From contig OZ244239.1 in NCBI GenBank assembly GCA_965217115.1, positions 1,408,001 to 1,472,000 of the forward strand: DNA of 64,000 bases. Reading direction: 5' to 3'. A program made the position numbers and the translations under genes. The stretch is from Bdellovibrionales bacterium (GTDB taxonomy: Bacteria > Bdellovibrionota > Bdellovibrionia > Bdellovibrionales > CAYMLA01). The notes below the pieces were generated by a model, which saw only the letters and a program-made list of their open reading frames with translations, ran no database searches and was not told where the DNA came from. Shown in pieces: positions 11,450 through 21,339 of this stretch (position 1 is its first letter; every line of letters starts with the position of its first letter).

Positions 11450-12124
11450 GTGTTAAAAGAGGATGATTCTATTCGAATGATGAAAAATCTCTGTGATATT
11501 TTATTGGTGCCTGATTCTCAGAGAGATCAGAAGTGGGAGAAAATCTTCTTCGATGCTTTTTTACAGTCAAAAGTAAATATTGTCTCGGAACAACCTCAGA
11601 CAGGGCCTGATGGATGGCCTTATTTATTGGTTTCAACAGATGAAACAGCCAAAGAACCAACCTCTAAGCTATTGAGTTGGCTGAGTCAAAAAGGGGTTGG
11701 CTTGGTTGTAAACCCTCAAAAAGATTTTCCAGATTATATATTTACTTGGGGAATGATTTGGTATCAAAAGCATCGAGGATTATTTCAAGTTGATAAGACG
11801 ATAGACTCCACGTCTAATCTTGTAACTGATAATTGTGAGATTAAATTTGGTCCTCCCTCCAATGAGTATTTACCAATATTTGTACGTAAAATTATTAAGA
11901 AATTTTTGCTTGATCAGGGTATTTTAGAACCTAGGTGGGTTATGGGAAGTGATCGTCGAGATTGCCATGATCTTTGTTTTTCTCTGGAATCTCTAGGAAA
12001 CCCGATTGAGAGCGAACACAAGGGTATTGCTGAGGCTCTTTCGTGGTTTTTGCCTCAGCATTATTCTGTGGTTCTTGTGAGTGAATCTCAATTAATCAAG
12101 GTAAAATTCTTCGAATTTTTTTGA
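11450..12124 (+). CDS. Conserved hypothetical protein
   Basis: 224-aa ORF with QTGPDGWPYL and LSWFLP motifs; function not recognised. Confidence 0.7.
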   Translation: MLKEDDSIRMMKNLCDILLVPDSQRDQKWEKIFFDAFLQSKVNIVSEQPQTGPDGWPYLLVSTDETAKEPTSKLLSWLSQKGVGLVVNPQKDFPDYIFTWGMIWYQKHRGLFQVDKTIDSTSNLVTDNCEIKFGPPSNEYLPIFVRKIIKKFLLDQGILEPRWVMGSDRRDCHDLCFSLESLGNPIESEHKGIAEALSWFLPQHYSVVLVSESQLIKVKFFEFF

Positions 12125-13366
12125 GAAGCTCTGTTGATATTTCTTAAGGGCTGAATCACACTTCTTAGTATCTTGATTTTCAAGAACGCCCATGGACTTA
12201 TCTAAATAACACTTAATTAATTGTTTCCGATTTTGCTCTTTCTCTGAGGAGAGTCCTTTGGTGAGAATATCTAAGGCTTGTGTTATGTTTTTATTGATCT
12301 CTACAGTTGGGAATCGGGCCTTTAAGTTTTTTAAATTTAAATTTGGAGAAGGTTTTGGGTTTTTTAGTTTTTGACTGATGTCATGATGCATTTTTACATA
12401 CCAATAAAGAGCTTCAGGGGCTGCTTTTGAATAGGAGTAATTCTTAATGACTGTTTCTAGGCGCATTCTACAAGCGATGTAGTGATTGGCCGGGTCGGAT
12501 TCTTTAGTAGATAAAGAAGAGAAAAACTCTGATAATGGTTTTTCCTTTGGGTTTGCAACGTTACAGTTAAACATGGCAACAGACAGGTCTCGATTAGCGA
12601 GTTCATTGGAAACGAAAAGAAGTAAAGGATAGACATCTTTTTTATAGAAATCTGTTCCTTCGAAGTCTCTCTCTAAAAGACGAATTATTTCATAAGCGTC
12701 GTCAAGATAGTGAATAGTTCTCTTAACACCTCTGTATTGTTGCAAAGAGTTTTTTACAGAGCCAATAAGAGCATTTGCCGATTTTTTAGGTTCGAATGTA
12801 GAAAAAACCTTGTAATAATGCAAAAGTAATTTGCTGGAGTCCTTAAATGCGCCAATTTTTTGAGCTGATAATGAGGCTTTGAGAAGGGCCTCTTTGTAAA
12901 TATGAGAGGCTTTTTTATTTGATAAAATATTTTCGATCGTAAGATCGTTAGGAAAAATAGCGGCGTTCTCTTCTTCTGAAGAATAATTTAGTATAGTTGT
13001 TTTGTTGATGTTTTTAGAAAAAGGAATTTTGTTAATATTTTTGTGGAATTGTTTTTTAAGCGCCTTGATGGCCTCTACATGATAGTGAATAGCCTGACAG
13101 TGTTTTTTTTGGCTTAACAGAAAGGATTTTTTTTCTTGTTTGTTCAGTATTTCCTGTGCTTGTTTTTGTAGTAAAATACCTTGTTCTAGAAGAAACGAAG
13201 GAATCACTTGAGGAGCTAAATTGTGCGATTCTATGCTGGGATTATCATCTTCACATTCAAAAATTGATTTTAAAGGTTCTATCAGATCAGTTAAGCGAGG
13301 AACTTCCTGACTGTAGGCATTGATTGTACTAGCAAGAATAGTAATAAACGTGATGGATTTTAACAT
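12092..13366 (-). CDS. Secreted protein with a BamD-like TPR region
   Basis: Signal peptide; ELANRDLSVAMF...YIACRMRLETVIKNYSYSKAAPEALYW resembles the BamD C-terminal repeats. Confidence 0.55.
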   Translation of the reverse strand: MLKSITFITILASTINAYSQEVPRLTDLIEPLKSIFECEDDNPSIESHNLAPQVIPSFLLEQGILLQKQAQEILNKQEKKSFLLSQKKHCQAIHYHVEAIKALKKQFHKNINKIPFSKNINKTTILNYSSEEENAAIFPNDLTIENILSNKKASHIYKEALLKASLSAQKIGAFKDSSKLLLHYYKVFSTFEPKKSANALIGSVKNSLQQYRGVKRTIHYLDDAYEIIRLLERDFEGTDFYKKDVYPLLLFVSNELANRDLSVAMFNCNVANPKEKPLSEFFSSLSTKESDPANHYIACRMRLETVIKNYSYSKAAPEALYWYVKMHHDISQKLKNPKPSPNLNLKNLKARFPTVEINKNITQALDILTKGLSSEKEQNRKQLIKCYLDKSMGVLENQDTKKCDSALKKYQQSFSKKFEEFYLD

Positions 13367-13408
13367 GAGAAGGGCTCCTTTTTGTAAAGGGTGATACTAC
13401 AGAGTATA

Positions 13409-13423
13409 GCGAAAATTGTGCCA
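13409..13423 (-). promoter_or_regulatory. sigma54 promoter candidate
   Basis: Minus strand TGGCACAATTTTCGC, GG-N10-GC, about 40 bp upstream of ATG 13366. Confidence 0.6.
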
Positions 13424-13592
13424 ATATCAGCTCTGAATAAAATAGATTTTGATACGCAAGAGGCTGTTCAATTATCAGACAGAACAGCGAGCAGAGAGGA
13501 CACACTCTAAATAGCCAGTATTTCTAATAATTTAAGAGAGTCAATAAAATAGGCTGATTGACAAAATATGTAAGTCAATATTGGAGGGTCTG

Positions 13593-14483
13593 TCAGTCCC
13601 TTTCGCCAAATTTGAGCTTTTCTTTTAAAAGGTCAAAATAATTATGTTTGGGATTTCTGACGATCCAGTGAGGTTGGGAAGTTTTGCGTATGATGATCTG
13701 ATCTCCAGCGCTAAGGTCAGAGATATTTTGTCCATCAATAATAAAACTGGCTTTCTGATTGGTGGGATTTAATGTGATCTCTATTTCCTGTTCATCAGAA
13801 AAAATAAGAGGTCTACTGGTTAAACTATGGGGACATATAGGGGTGAGAACAAAAGCGTCGACTTCAGGATGTAAGATAGGACCTCCAGCTGCTAAATTAT
13901 AGGCAGTGGACCCTGTCGGACTAGCCACAATAACTCCATCGGCTTTAATATCGAGAACAGGACGACGATTGCGACAGACGGCAACGTTGATTAAATGGCT
14001 AGAGGAGCCTCTTTCAATAACAACGTCATTGAGAGCTAAGATTTTTTTTATTTTTCGGTTCTTTTTTTTGAGATTAACTTCCATCATAGAGCGGGCGCGT
14101 AGTTGCATTTTTCCCTTAAGGGTGTCCAGAACAGTTTGATGAAGGTTTTCCACTTTTGTTTGTGTAAGAAACCCTAGGGAGCCTAGGTTGAAACCTAAAA
14201 TAGGAACAGGTCGTCCTTCGAGAAAACGAATGGCTTCTAGATATGTCCCGTCACCACCGAGAACAACTATTAATGTTAACTGTTTGATGTTATTTTTAGT
14301 GACAGGTTTAGAGTGGGGAAGGTTGATCTGTTTAGGTGTATTGAAAATAGTAACATTCTGTTCGTTAAGCCATACACAGAATTCTTTAGCGACTTGTTCA
14401 GCACTAGGAGTGTTCTTGCGATAGATAATAGCGACTTTGGCTTTGTTTAAGCTGATAGCTAGCTTTTTTATCTGAATTCCCAC
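13593..14483 (-). CDS. nadK: NAD kinase
   Basis: GGDGT, G.LGFL, LND, DG...TPTGSTAY..AAGGP. Confidence 0.96.
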   Translation of the reverse strand: MGIQIKKLAISLNKAKVAIIYRKNTPSAEQVAKEFCVWLNEQNVTIFNTPKQINLPHSKPVTKNNIKQLTLIVVLGGDGTYLEAIRFLEGRPVPILGFNLGSLGFLTQTKVENLHQTVLDTLKGKMQLRARSMMEVNLKKKNRKIKKILALNDVVIERGSSSHLINVAVCRNRRPVLDIKADGVIVASPTGSTAYNLAAGGPILHPEVDAFVLTPICPHSLTSRPLIFSDEQEIEITLNPTNQKASFIIDGQNISDLSAGDQIIIRKTSQPHWIVRNPKHNYFDLLKEKLKFGERD

Positions 14484-14492
14484 GGTAGCACC

Positions 14493-16565
14493 TTATAAAC
14501 TTAAAAGCCCTTCTCTTTTTAAGAGAGGCCCTACTTGAGGGTCTCGTCCACGAAACTTGCGATACAGAACATCAGGGGACTCAGTATTGCCCCGTGAAAG
14601 AATATTCTTTTTAAAGTTTTTGGCCGTCTCATGGTTAAAAACACCTTTTTCCTGGAAAAGAGCAAATGCATCTGCATCTAAGACTTCGGCCCATTTATAG
14701 CTATAATAACCAGAGGAGTAACCTCCAGCAAAAATATGGCTAAAACTCACCGAGAAGTTTGTATTTTCGATATAGGGAGTAAGGGTGGTTTTTAGACAGG
14801 TCTCTTTTTCAAATTCAACAACACTTTTAATGTTGGATGGATCTGAGCTGTGCCAAGCCATATCTAAAAAACTAAAATTTAATTGCCTAAGGCCAAAATA
14901 CCCTGCCTGAAACTGTTCTTGAGCTTTGATTTTTTCAATAAGATCGTCAGAGATAAGTTCTCCGGTTTTGTAATGATGGGCGAAGAGTTCAAGAGCTGAT
15001 TTTTCCTTCATCCAGTTTTCCATGATTTGGGATGGAAGTTCCACAAAATCCCAAAGAACATGGTTGCCACTAAGCGAGCAATATTGACACTGAGATAAAA
15101 GTCCATGGATGGCATGACCAAATTCATGGAACAGTGTTGTCGCCTCCTGAAAGGTGATGAGAGAGGGGGTTGTTTCCGTGGGTTTGGTGAAATTACAGAC
15201 AATACTTGCGTGGGGGCGGCGGTCTTTACCAAAAGAAAACCCCTGAGAGCGAAAACCGGTGGCCCAAGCGCCGTTCTGTTTTGTTGGGCGTGGAAAGAAG
15301 TCAGTGTAGAAGAGACCGATGTACTCAGAGGAGCTTTTATCTCTAACTTCGTAAACCTTCACATCCTTATGATAGACGGGGAGATCGGTGACTCTTGTAA
15401 ACGAAAGGTCGTAGAGTTTTTCAGCCACTTGAAAAACTCCATTAAGAACATTTTCTAATTTAAAATAAGGTCTTAGAGTTTCGGAATTAAAGTTAAGCTT
15501 TTTTTCCTGTAATTTATTAGAGTAATAACCAAAGTCCCAGGGGAAAATATCACCATCAGACCCATCTAATTCTTGACGAAATTTTTTAAGTTCATCGAGG
15601 TCCTTTTCGGCGGCAGGCTTATAGGTCTTGTAAAGGTTCTGCAGAAAAGATTGAACGGTTTTTGGATCTTTGGCCATACGCTCTTTAAGAACGAAGTCGG
15701 CATGGCTTTTATAGTCGAGAATTTGAGCCCTTTGGTGACGAAGGTTAACGATTTTCAGAATAATTTCTTGATTGTTGTAGGGGGCAGAAAAGGCGCGGCT
15801 AGAAAAAGCAAACCACATTTTTTTACGTAACTTTTCGTTGTCGATGTATTTCATAAATGGAGTAAAGCTAGGAGACGCAAGAGTGAACAGCCACTTGTTG
15901 CTCTCGCCGTTTTCTTTGGCAGCTAAGGCCGCGGCGTCAATGGCAGAGTCGGGAAGTCCTTTCAAATCTTCTCGGCTATCGATCCATAGTTTAAAATCGT
16001 TTGTCGCCTTAAGAAGATTTTCGGAGTATTTGGGGGCAAGAGCAGAGAGGTCTTTGTCGATTTGACGTATTTTTTCTTTGTCGTCAATGCTCAGTAAAGC
16101 TCCATTTCTAGAAAATGTGTTATATTGATCTTCTAACAAACGTTTTTGTTCCAGATTAAGGTCTAAATCCTTCATTTGATCATAGGCTGTTTTGATTTTT
16201 TTAAAGAGATCAGAGTCTAGAGAGACATCACTAGAAAATTCGGCGAGTTTAGCAGAGATAACGGGGGTCAGTTCTTGGATGTCCTCCGTGGCTTCAGCGT
16301 GATGAAGATTAAAAAACACTCCAGAGATGTAGTCTACTAGATCGGAGCTGGTCTCTAGGGCGAGAACTGTATTGGAAAAGCTGATAGGTTCGGTATTGTT
16401 TTTTATGAGAGCTATCTTTTCTTTAGAATCTGCAATGGAAAATTCAAGGGCGGGTAGGAAATGATCATTTTTAATTTGATCAAACGGCACGGCCTGGTCA
16501 CGAAGATTTGAGAGTTCAATAAGAGGATTGTTTTTTGGTTTTATGATTTTTTCTTTCATGCCCAT
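14493..16565 (-). CDS. M3 family metallopeptidase (peptidyl-dipeptidase Dcp/oligopeptidase A type)
   Basis: FHEFGHAIH, WDFVELPSQ, FSHIFAGGYSSGYYSYKWAEVL. Confidence 0.93.
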   Translation of the reverse strand: MGMKEKIIKPKNNPLIELSNLRDQAVPFDQIKNDHFLPALEFSIADSKEKIALIKNNTEPISFSNTVLALETSSDLVDYISGVFFNLHHAEATEDIQELTPVISAKLAEFSSDVSLDSDLFKKIKTAYDQMKDLDLNLEQKRLLEDQYNTFSRNGALLSIDDKEKIRQIDKDLSALAPKYSENLLKATNDFKLWIDSREDLKGLPDSAIDAAALAAKENGESNKWLFTLASPSFTPFMKYIDNEKLRKKMWFAFSSRAFSAPYNNQEIILKIVNLRHQRAQILDYKSHADFVLKERMAKDPKTVQSFLQNLYKTYKPAAEKDLDELKKFRQELDGSDGDIFPWDFGYYSNKLQEKKLNFNSETLRPYFKLENVLNGVFQVAEKLYDLSFTRVTDLPVYHKDVKVYEVRDKSSSEYIGLFYTDFFPRPTKQNGAWATGFRSQGFSFGKDRRPHASIVCNFTKPTETTPSLITFQEATTLFHEFGHAIHGLLSQCQYCSLSGNHVLWDFVELPSQIMENWMKEKSALELFAHHYKTGELISDDLIEKIKAQEQFQAGYFGLRQLNFSFLDMAWHSSDPSNIKSVVEFEKETCLKTTLTPYIENTNFSVSFSHIFAGGYSSGYYSYKWAEVLDADAFALFQEKGVFNHETAKNFKKNILSRGNTESPDVLYRKFRGRDPQVGPLLKREGLLSL

Positions 16566-16609
16566 CTTGTAGCATCAATTGCAGGGGCTGACTACTTAAA
16601 GGTGATCTC

Positions 16610-17152
16610 TTAGCGATAAAGACAAAGCCCCAAGTCTCCACCACCAATAGCGCGGCAATAGCCGTTAGACCCGCATGAATCAGATTGAATGACAAGACAG
16701 GTCTGAAGAACATCTTTGTTGCAAGCCCCCCGGTATTGAGAGGGGATGGCATTGTAGGATCTTGGTTGTGGGGCTGAGAAGGCATACTGTTGGTAGTTCC
16801 AGCCATATGAAAAATAGTGAGCATTTCTTGCTAACTGTGAGTGATTAATACAGGTGAGGCCTAAGTGATTGCTGTAGGCGACGGAATAGCCAGCTTGACA
16901 CCCGCAAAAACCACTCTGATAGTTGTCATAATAGCCAGTGTACTGGCCATTTGTATTTCGAGGATAATTGCGAAAGCCACCATTGTATTGACCTGAGTAA
17001 GTACAGTTATTCTGCCCATTAAGGCACCCTGAATTAGGAGTGAGAGCAATATCCTCACTTTTTGACGAGTCATTACTACAGCCCACGCTCAGAGTGGTAA
17101 AAAGAGCTAGAGAGACGATCGTAATAAGAGAAAGAGACATTTTTTTAATCAT
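16610..17152 (-). CDS. Cys-rich lipoprotein
   Basis: SVGC lipobox; many Cys/Tyr/Gly/Asn residues. Confidence 0.75.
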   Translation of the reverse strand: MIKKMSLSLITIVSLALFTTLSVGCSNDSSKSEDIALTPNSGCLNGQNNCTYSGQYNGGFRNYPRNTNGQYTGYYDNYQSGFCGCQAGYSVAYSNHLGLTCINHSQLARNAHYFSYGWNYQQYAFSAPQPRSYNAIPSQYRGACNKDVLQTCLVIQSDSCGSNGYCRAIGGGDLGLCLYR

Positions 17153-17601
17153 TTTTAAAACCTCAAATTAAGAGACAGTATCTATTAATATTTTTCGTTT
17201 CTAATGAAATGTGTTCAAAATACATGCCTATAATTGTTAGTTCCAAGAGTGTTTTCTACGCAATAGAGCTTTGGAAAATACAAAAGATGACAATTAATGG
17301 CAAATGAAACAAAAAAAAGCCCTTTGTGAGCTTGTAGTTGGTTCTTTGTGATAAATAGTGGAACTGTTCCCAAGAGACTCATCTTGAGGGCTCTCTTTTA
17401 AAACTATCCATGGATAACAGCGTTGTTACACATGGAGGTCAGTCATAGAAATAGATCCATTGCATTTCTCTGCAATGGAAGGTGACAAACAGATGTTTGA
17501 GCAAGAAAAGGGCTAGATTCTTTTGGGAGAGACTCTAGAAAAAAAACAGCTCATCAGAAAAAAACTGGCTCCACTATTGTTTGTCATAAAGAACCTTGTA
17601 G

Positions 17602-18594
17602 CTACTCTAGAAGAGTCGCATTTTTATCAGCACTTCTCTGAAATTTGAAAATCATGTTTAAAATCAAAGAAGTCTCACTTTCTCCCTTTTCATCTTCAGA
17701 TAGACGAATACTTGGGGCGGCAATAATTCCTCCGTTAATGTCAATTTTGTACTCAACAGCAAGATCGCTTTGTGTGTCTATGTCGTCGCCCTCGTTATTA
17801 ATTGAGGTGTATTCAACAAGAAGCTCGCCCTTCTCACCAAGAAGAGACATCTTCTTAGCAGCACTAAGAACAAAGGCAAAATCAGCATCTGAGTATAGAG
17901 GGTTGTTTTTCATCCAGATACCTTCAGTACCAAATTCCCAGCCGTCTGTTCTGTAAATAACACCAACGATAGCACGGTTTTCTTTATCTTCCGTATTTTC
18001 GTCATTACCTTTTTCCATGTAGGTGGTGTATGCTTGTGTTTGCCCATCAAGATCAACTCCTGCCGAAACAGAAAACCCATCGAAGTCACCGATTTCTTTT
18101 GAGCTATTTGTGTTTTCTACAGATTTACCCGTTTCAAAAATAGAAAATTGGAATCCTCTTATTAATTGTTCAGGCTTAATCTTAACAGTAATAGCGACGG
18201 GGTATTCTTCTTTATTCAGTTTATAGGCAAGACTGTTTTCTTCGCCAGCTAATTTAGAATAAGCGCCGAGTTGGAGGCCTCTCCTGCCAAAGATAAGCGT
18301 GAAGAAATCATTGGCGTGATAAATGAGATATGCTTCTTTAAAGATCTTCTTATATTTCTTATCATCGATTAAATCGTCATCTTGCAGACCATTATTTAAT
18401 TCAGCCATGATCACAGCTTTGATTTTTTTAGTCAACTGAGCTGTGATTTTATGCTTAGAGTATGTTACACCTGAATCTGTTTCTGAATAATGAACCCTCG
18501 TATTAGAGTTAATACTAATGCCATCAATATCAGCCATCGCATTTATGCTGAATATTATGAAAGAGCCTAGAGAGATTTTTGCTAAAAAGGTCAT
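17602..18594 (-). CDS. Putative outer-membrane beta-barrel/porin-like protein, paralog 2
   Basis: Signal peptide; alternating beta-strands; aligns throughout with the 18797-19840 product. Confidence 0.7.
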   Translation of the reverse strand: MTFLAKISLGSFIIFSINAMADIDGISINSNTRVHYSETDSGVTYSKHKITAQLTKKIKAVIMAELNNGLQDDDLIDDKKYKKIFKEAYLIYHANDFFTLIFGRRGLQLGAYSKLAGEENSLAYKLNKEEYPVAITVKIKPEQLIRGFQFSIFETGKSVENTNSSKEIGDFDGFSVSAGVDLDGQTQAYTTYMEKGNDENTEDKENRAIVGVIYRTDGWEFGTEGIWMKNNPLYSDADFAFVLSAAKKMSLLGEKGELLVEYTSINNEGDDIDTQSDLAVEYKIDINGGIIAAPSIRLSEDEKGESETSLILNMIFKFQRSADKNATLLE

Positions 18595-18738
18595 TTTTCT
18601 ATCCTTGTTAAACTGGTTCTTCTGTTTTTAGAGATGATACCTATCTTATTACAAGAGTGCATTATAACAGGAGAAAGAGGGTGACGTGTAAAAAATAATG
18701 GGTTCATAACATTTTTACAAAAAATGGGTCATTAAGAC

Positions 18739-18767
18739 AAAAAAAGGCACCTCTGTGTGAGGCGCCT
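18739..18767 (-). terminator. Intrinsic terminator
   Basis: Minus strand AGGCGCCTC-ACACA-GAGGTGCCT followed by a T run, just after the 18797 stop. Confidence 0.8.
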
Positions 18768-18796
18768 CTAGTTCTTCTAAGAATATGAATTCTTAA

Positions 18797-19840
18797 TTAT
18801 TGAAGAAGGGTCTGCTGACTGTTACCAACTACTTGAAATTTGTAAATCATGTTCAGCATCCAAGCCGTGTCGCTTTCATCATCAGCATCTACAGTTCTAC
18901 GAAGACCAGGAGCAATAACGATGTTCTTGTTAATGCTAATTTTGTACTCAAGAGTAAGTTCGCTTTGTATGTCCTTTTCGACATCTTCGTCATCGGCGGC
19001 ATCGGCGGCATCGGCGGCATCTTCGGCGTCATCGTCTTTGTTAATTGAAGTGTACTCAGCAACAAACTCACCTTTTTCACCAAGAAGAGACATTTTCTTC
19101 GCAGCGCTAATGATGAATGCAAAGTCAGCTTCAGGAAAATCAGGATTATCAGTCAACCAAAGACCTTCAGCACCAAGTGTCCATCCGCTCATACTGTAAG
19201 TAACACCAGCAACTACACGACTTTCTTCTTCAGCGTCATTGTCACCATTTCCTTTGCTCACATAAGTAACATATACTTTTGCATTAGAAGTAATGTCTTT
19301 TCCTGCAGAAATAGAAAGGCCATCAAATTGACCTATGCGTGAATCATCGTCATCAGTTGCAACTTTACCAGTTTCAAAAGCTGAAGCGCTAAGTTTTAGC
19401 CCTAAAATTTGCTCTTGGTTAAGTTTAACAGTTACAGCAACAGGATACCTTTCCGCTTTTAAGCCGTAAGCAAGAGTATCACGACTACCAGATAACTTAG
19501 ATTCTTTACCGAATTGAACAGCTTTCTTACCAAAAACGGCAGTAAACGTATCGTTACCGTGAAAAACTAGGTAAGCTTCTTCGATAAGATCCTTATATCT
19601 ATTATCGTCAGAAAAACCTTCTTTTTGAAGACCATTTTTTAGCTCAGCTTTAATAACGGCTTTGATTCCTTCAGATAATCTAACTGAGAACGAATGCTTA
19701 GAAGATCTTATAGATGAATCTTCTTCTGAAACACGAACTTGAGTTTCAGACTTGATGCTAACAGCACTAAGTCCAGCCATTGCAGTGTTCATGCTTAGGA
19801 CCGTGGCAGGAACCAAAGCAAGTTTTGTTAAATTTTTCAT
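18797..19840 (-). CDS. Putative outer-membrane beta-barrel/porin-like protein, paralog 1
   Basis: Signal peptide ending AMA; EEAY.....FG...FG porin-like pattern; strong RBS. Confidence 0.7.
   Translation of the reverse strand: MKNLTKLALVPATVLSMNTAMAGLSAVSIKSETQVRVSEEDSSIRSSKHSFSVRLSEGIKAVIKAELKNGLQKEGFSDDNRYKDLIEEAYLVFHGNDTFTAVFGKKAVQFGKESKLSGSRDTLAYGLKAERYPVAVTVKLNQEQILGLKLSASAFETGKVATDDDDSRIGQFDGLSISAGKDITSNAKVYVTYVSKGNGDNDAEEESRVVAGVTYSMSGWTLGAEGLWLTDNPDFPEADFAFIISAAKKMSLLGEKGEFVAEYTSINKDDDAEDAADAADAADDEDVEKDIQSELTLEYKISINKNIVIAPGLRRTVDADDESDTAWMLNMIYKFQVVGNSQQTLLQ
18991..19017. repeat. 9-bp tandem repeat x3 (encodes DAA repeats)
   Basis: CATCGGCGG x3 with degenerate flanks. Confidence 0.9.
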
Positions 19841-20435
19841 ATCTCTCTCTCCTTATAGTTTGTGGACTCACCGCCTCAATAAATTGGGGAAGGCAGGGCA
19901 TCCAAAATTTAGTTAACTCACCTGAAAAGAACTTCAAATGAGCGATAGTATTCTTGCCCATAATCCAAGAAGAGTGCCACAATGCAAGACAATCACAAGC
20001 TGTTGAAATTACTAAGTTATTTTCACCATAAAGTAATTACAAAGAAAAGAGGAGACACAAGTGCTTAAAAATAGTTGGGGGAGGCGGGAGGAGAAGTGTA
20101 TAAATTTGTAAAATCACGACGCAGAGCGCCTTATTTTGATTCACCAAAAACCGCAAATATTATAAAAACAATAAAAAACAGGAATTTAGACTATTCTTCG
20201 AAATACTTGGAGGCGTGAAGAAGGTCTTTAAGGTGGCTCTTAGATCAACCCTGAACGTCCTGTGGCGAGAATTTTTAGGGGGATTATACTGTAAACAACT
20301 AATCTTACTTATCAAAGTATCCTCCTTGTAAGTGTTACAGTTGAGCTTGTAAAAGAAGATGAAACTGACTATATATATGGGGCTTGCTCGGCAGGTGTTG
20401 CTCGAATCATTTTTGTTATCCTCTAGGAGGTTTTA

Positions 20436-20960
20436 TTGAAATTCCAAACGATTGAAGAGCTGGAAAAATTAATAATTGATGTCCCTGATTTCCCTAAAAA
20501 AGGAGTGCTTTTTAAAGATATAACTCCTTTATTGGAGCATGGAGAGGCTTTTAAGGGGTTAACAAAAATATTTGCAGATAGTTTAAATATGGATTTTGAT
20601 AAAATTGTGGCTATTGACGCCCGCGGCTTTTTATTGGGAGCAGCGTTGGCTAATCACATGGGCAAGGGCTTAGTTCTTGTGCGTAAACCAGGTAAATTGC
20701 CTCGGGAGGCGATTTCGGCTTCCTATGCGTTGGAGTATGGAGAAGACTCCTTAGAGATACACAAGGCTTCTTTGAAGCCAGGTGAGAGAGTCATTATTAT
20801 TGATGATGTTTTGGCAACAGGGGGAACTGCTGCTGCGGTAGAGACCCTTTGTTCTCAATTAGGAGCGGAGATTAAAGGCTTTAGATTTTTGATGGAGATC
20901 TCTTTTTTAGAAGGAGCTAAAAAAATTAAATCTTCCCATCAGAGTTTAATGGAAGTTTAA
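20436..20960 (+). CDS. apt: Adenine phosphoribosyltransferase
   Basis: PDFPKKGVLFKDIT, ARGF, RKPGKLP, IDDVLATGGT. Confidence 0.97.
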   Translation: MKFQTIEELEKLIIDVPDFPKKGVLFKDITPLLEHGEAFKGLTKIFADSLNMDFDKIVAIDARGFLLGAALANHMGKGLVLVRKPGKLPREAISASYALEYGEDSLEIHKASLKPGERVIIIDDVLATGGTAAAVETLCSQLGAEIKGFRFLMEISFLEGAKKIKSSHQSLMEV

Positions 20961-21004
20961 AACAGGCTTAAACGGTCATTCATCACAGATTAAAAAAATA
21001 AAAT

Positions 21005-21220
21005 TTAATTAATAGTGTGTTTTGTTGAACGCACACGAATACAGCAATTTGCACAGTTGGCCTCTTCAGTGGCTTCATTTTCTTTTGCAGAAATAGAGTG
21101 TTTGAGCTCTAATTCAGACCCACATAAAATACAATGGTTGTGGTTTTCTAGAAAATCTTTTTGCACAAAGTTATTATCGGTAGCTTCAGTTGTAAGTATT
21201 TTTGTTTTTTCTATAGCCAT
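21005..21220 (-). CDS. Small zinc-ribbon protein
   Basis: CILC...CANC motif pair in 71 aa. Confidence 0.6.
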   Translation of the reverse strand: MAIEKTKILTTEATDNNFVQKDFLENHNHCILCGSELELKHSISAKENEATEEANCANCCIRVRSTKHTIN

Positions 21221-21339
21221 AGTATTAGTTTAAGGAAAAAAGTGATAAAAAAAAAGGAAATAGAATAATGTTTTTACTTAGGTCTTATAGGTGTAGGGTA
21301 AAAGAGTGTATTTAGTATAAAAACTTTTAGGAGAACTAT

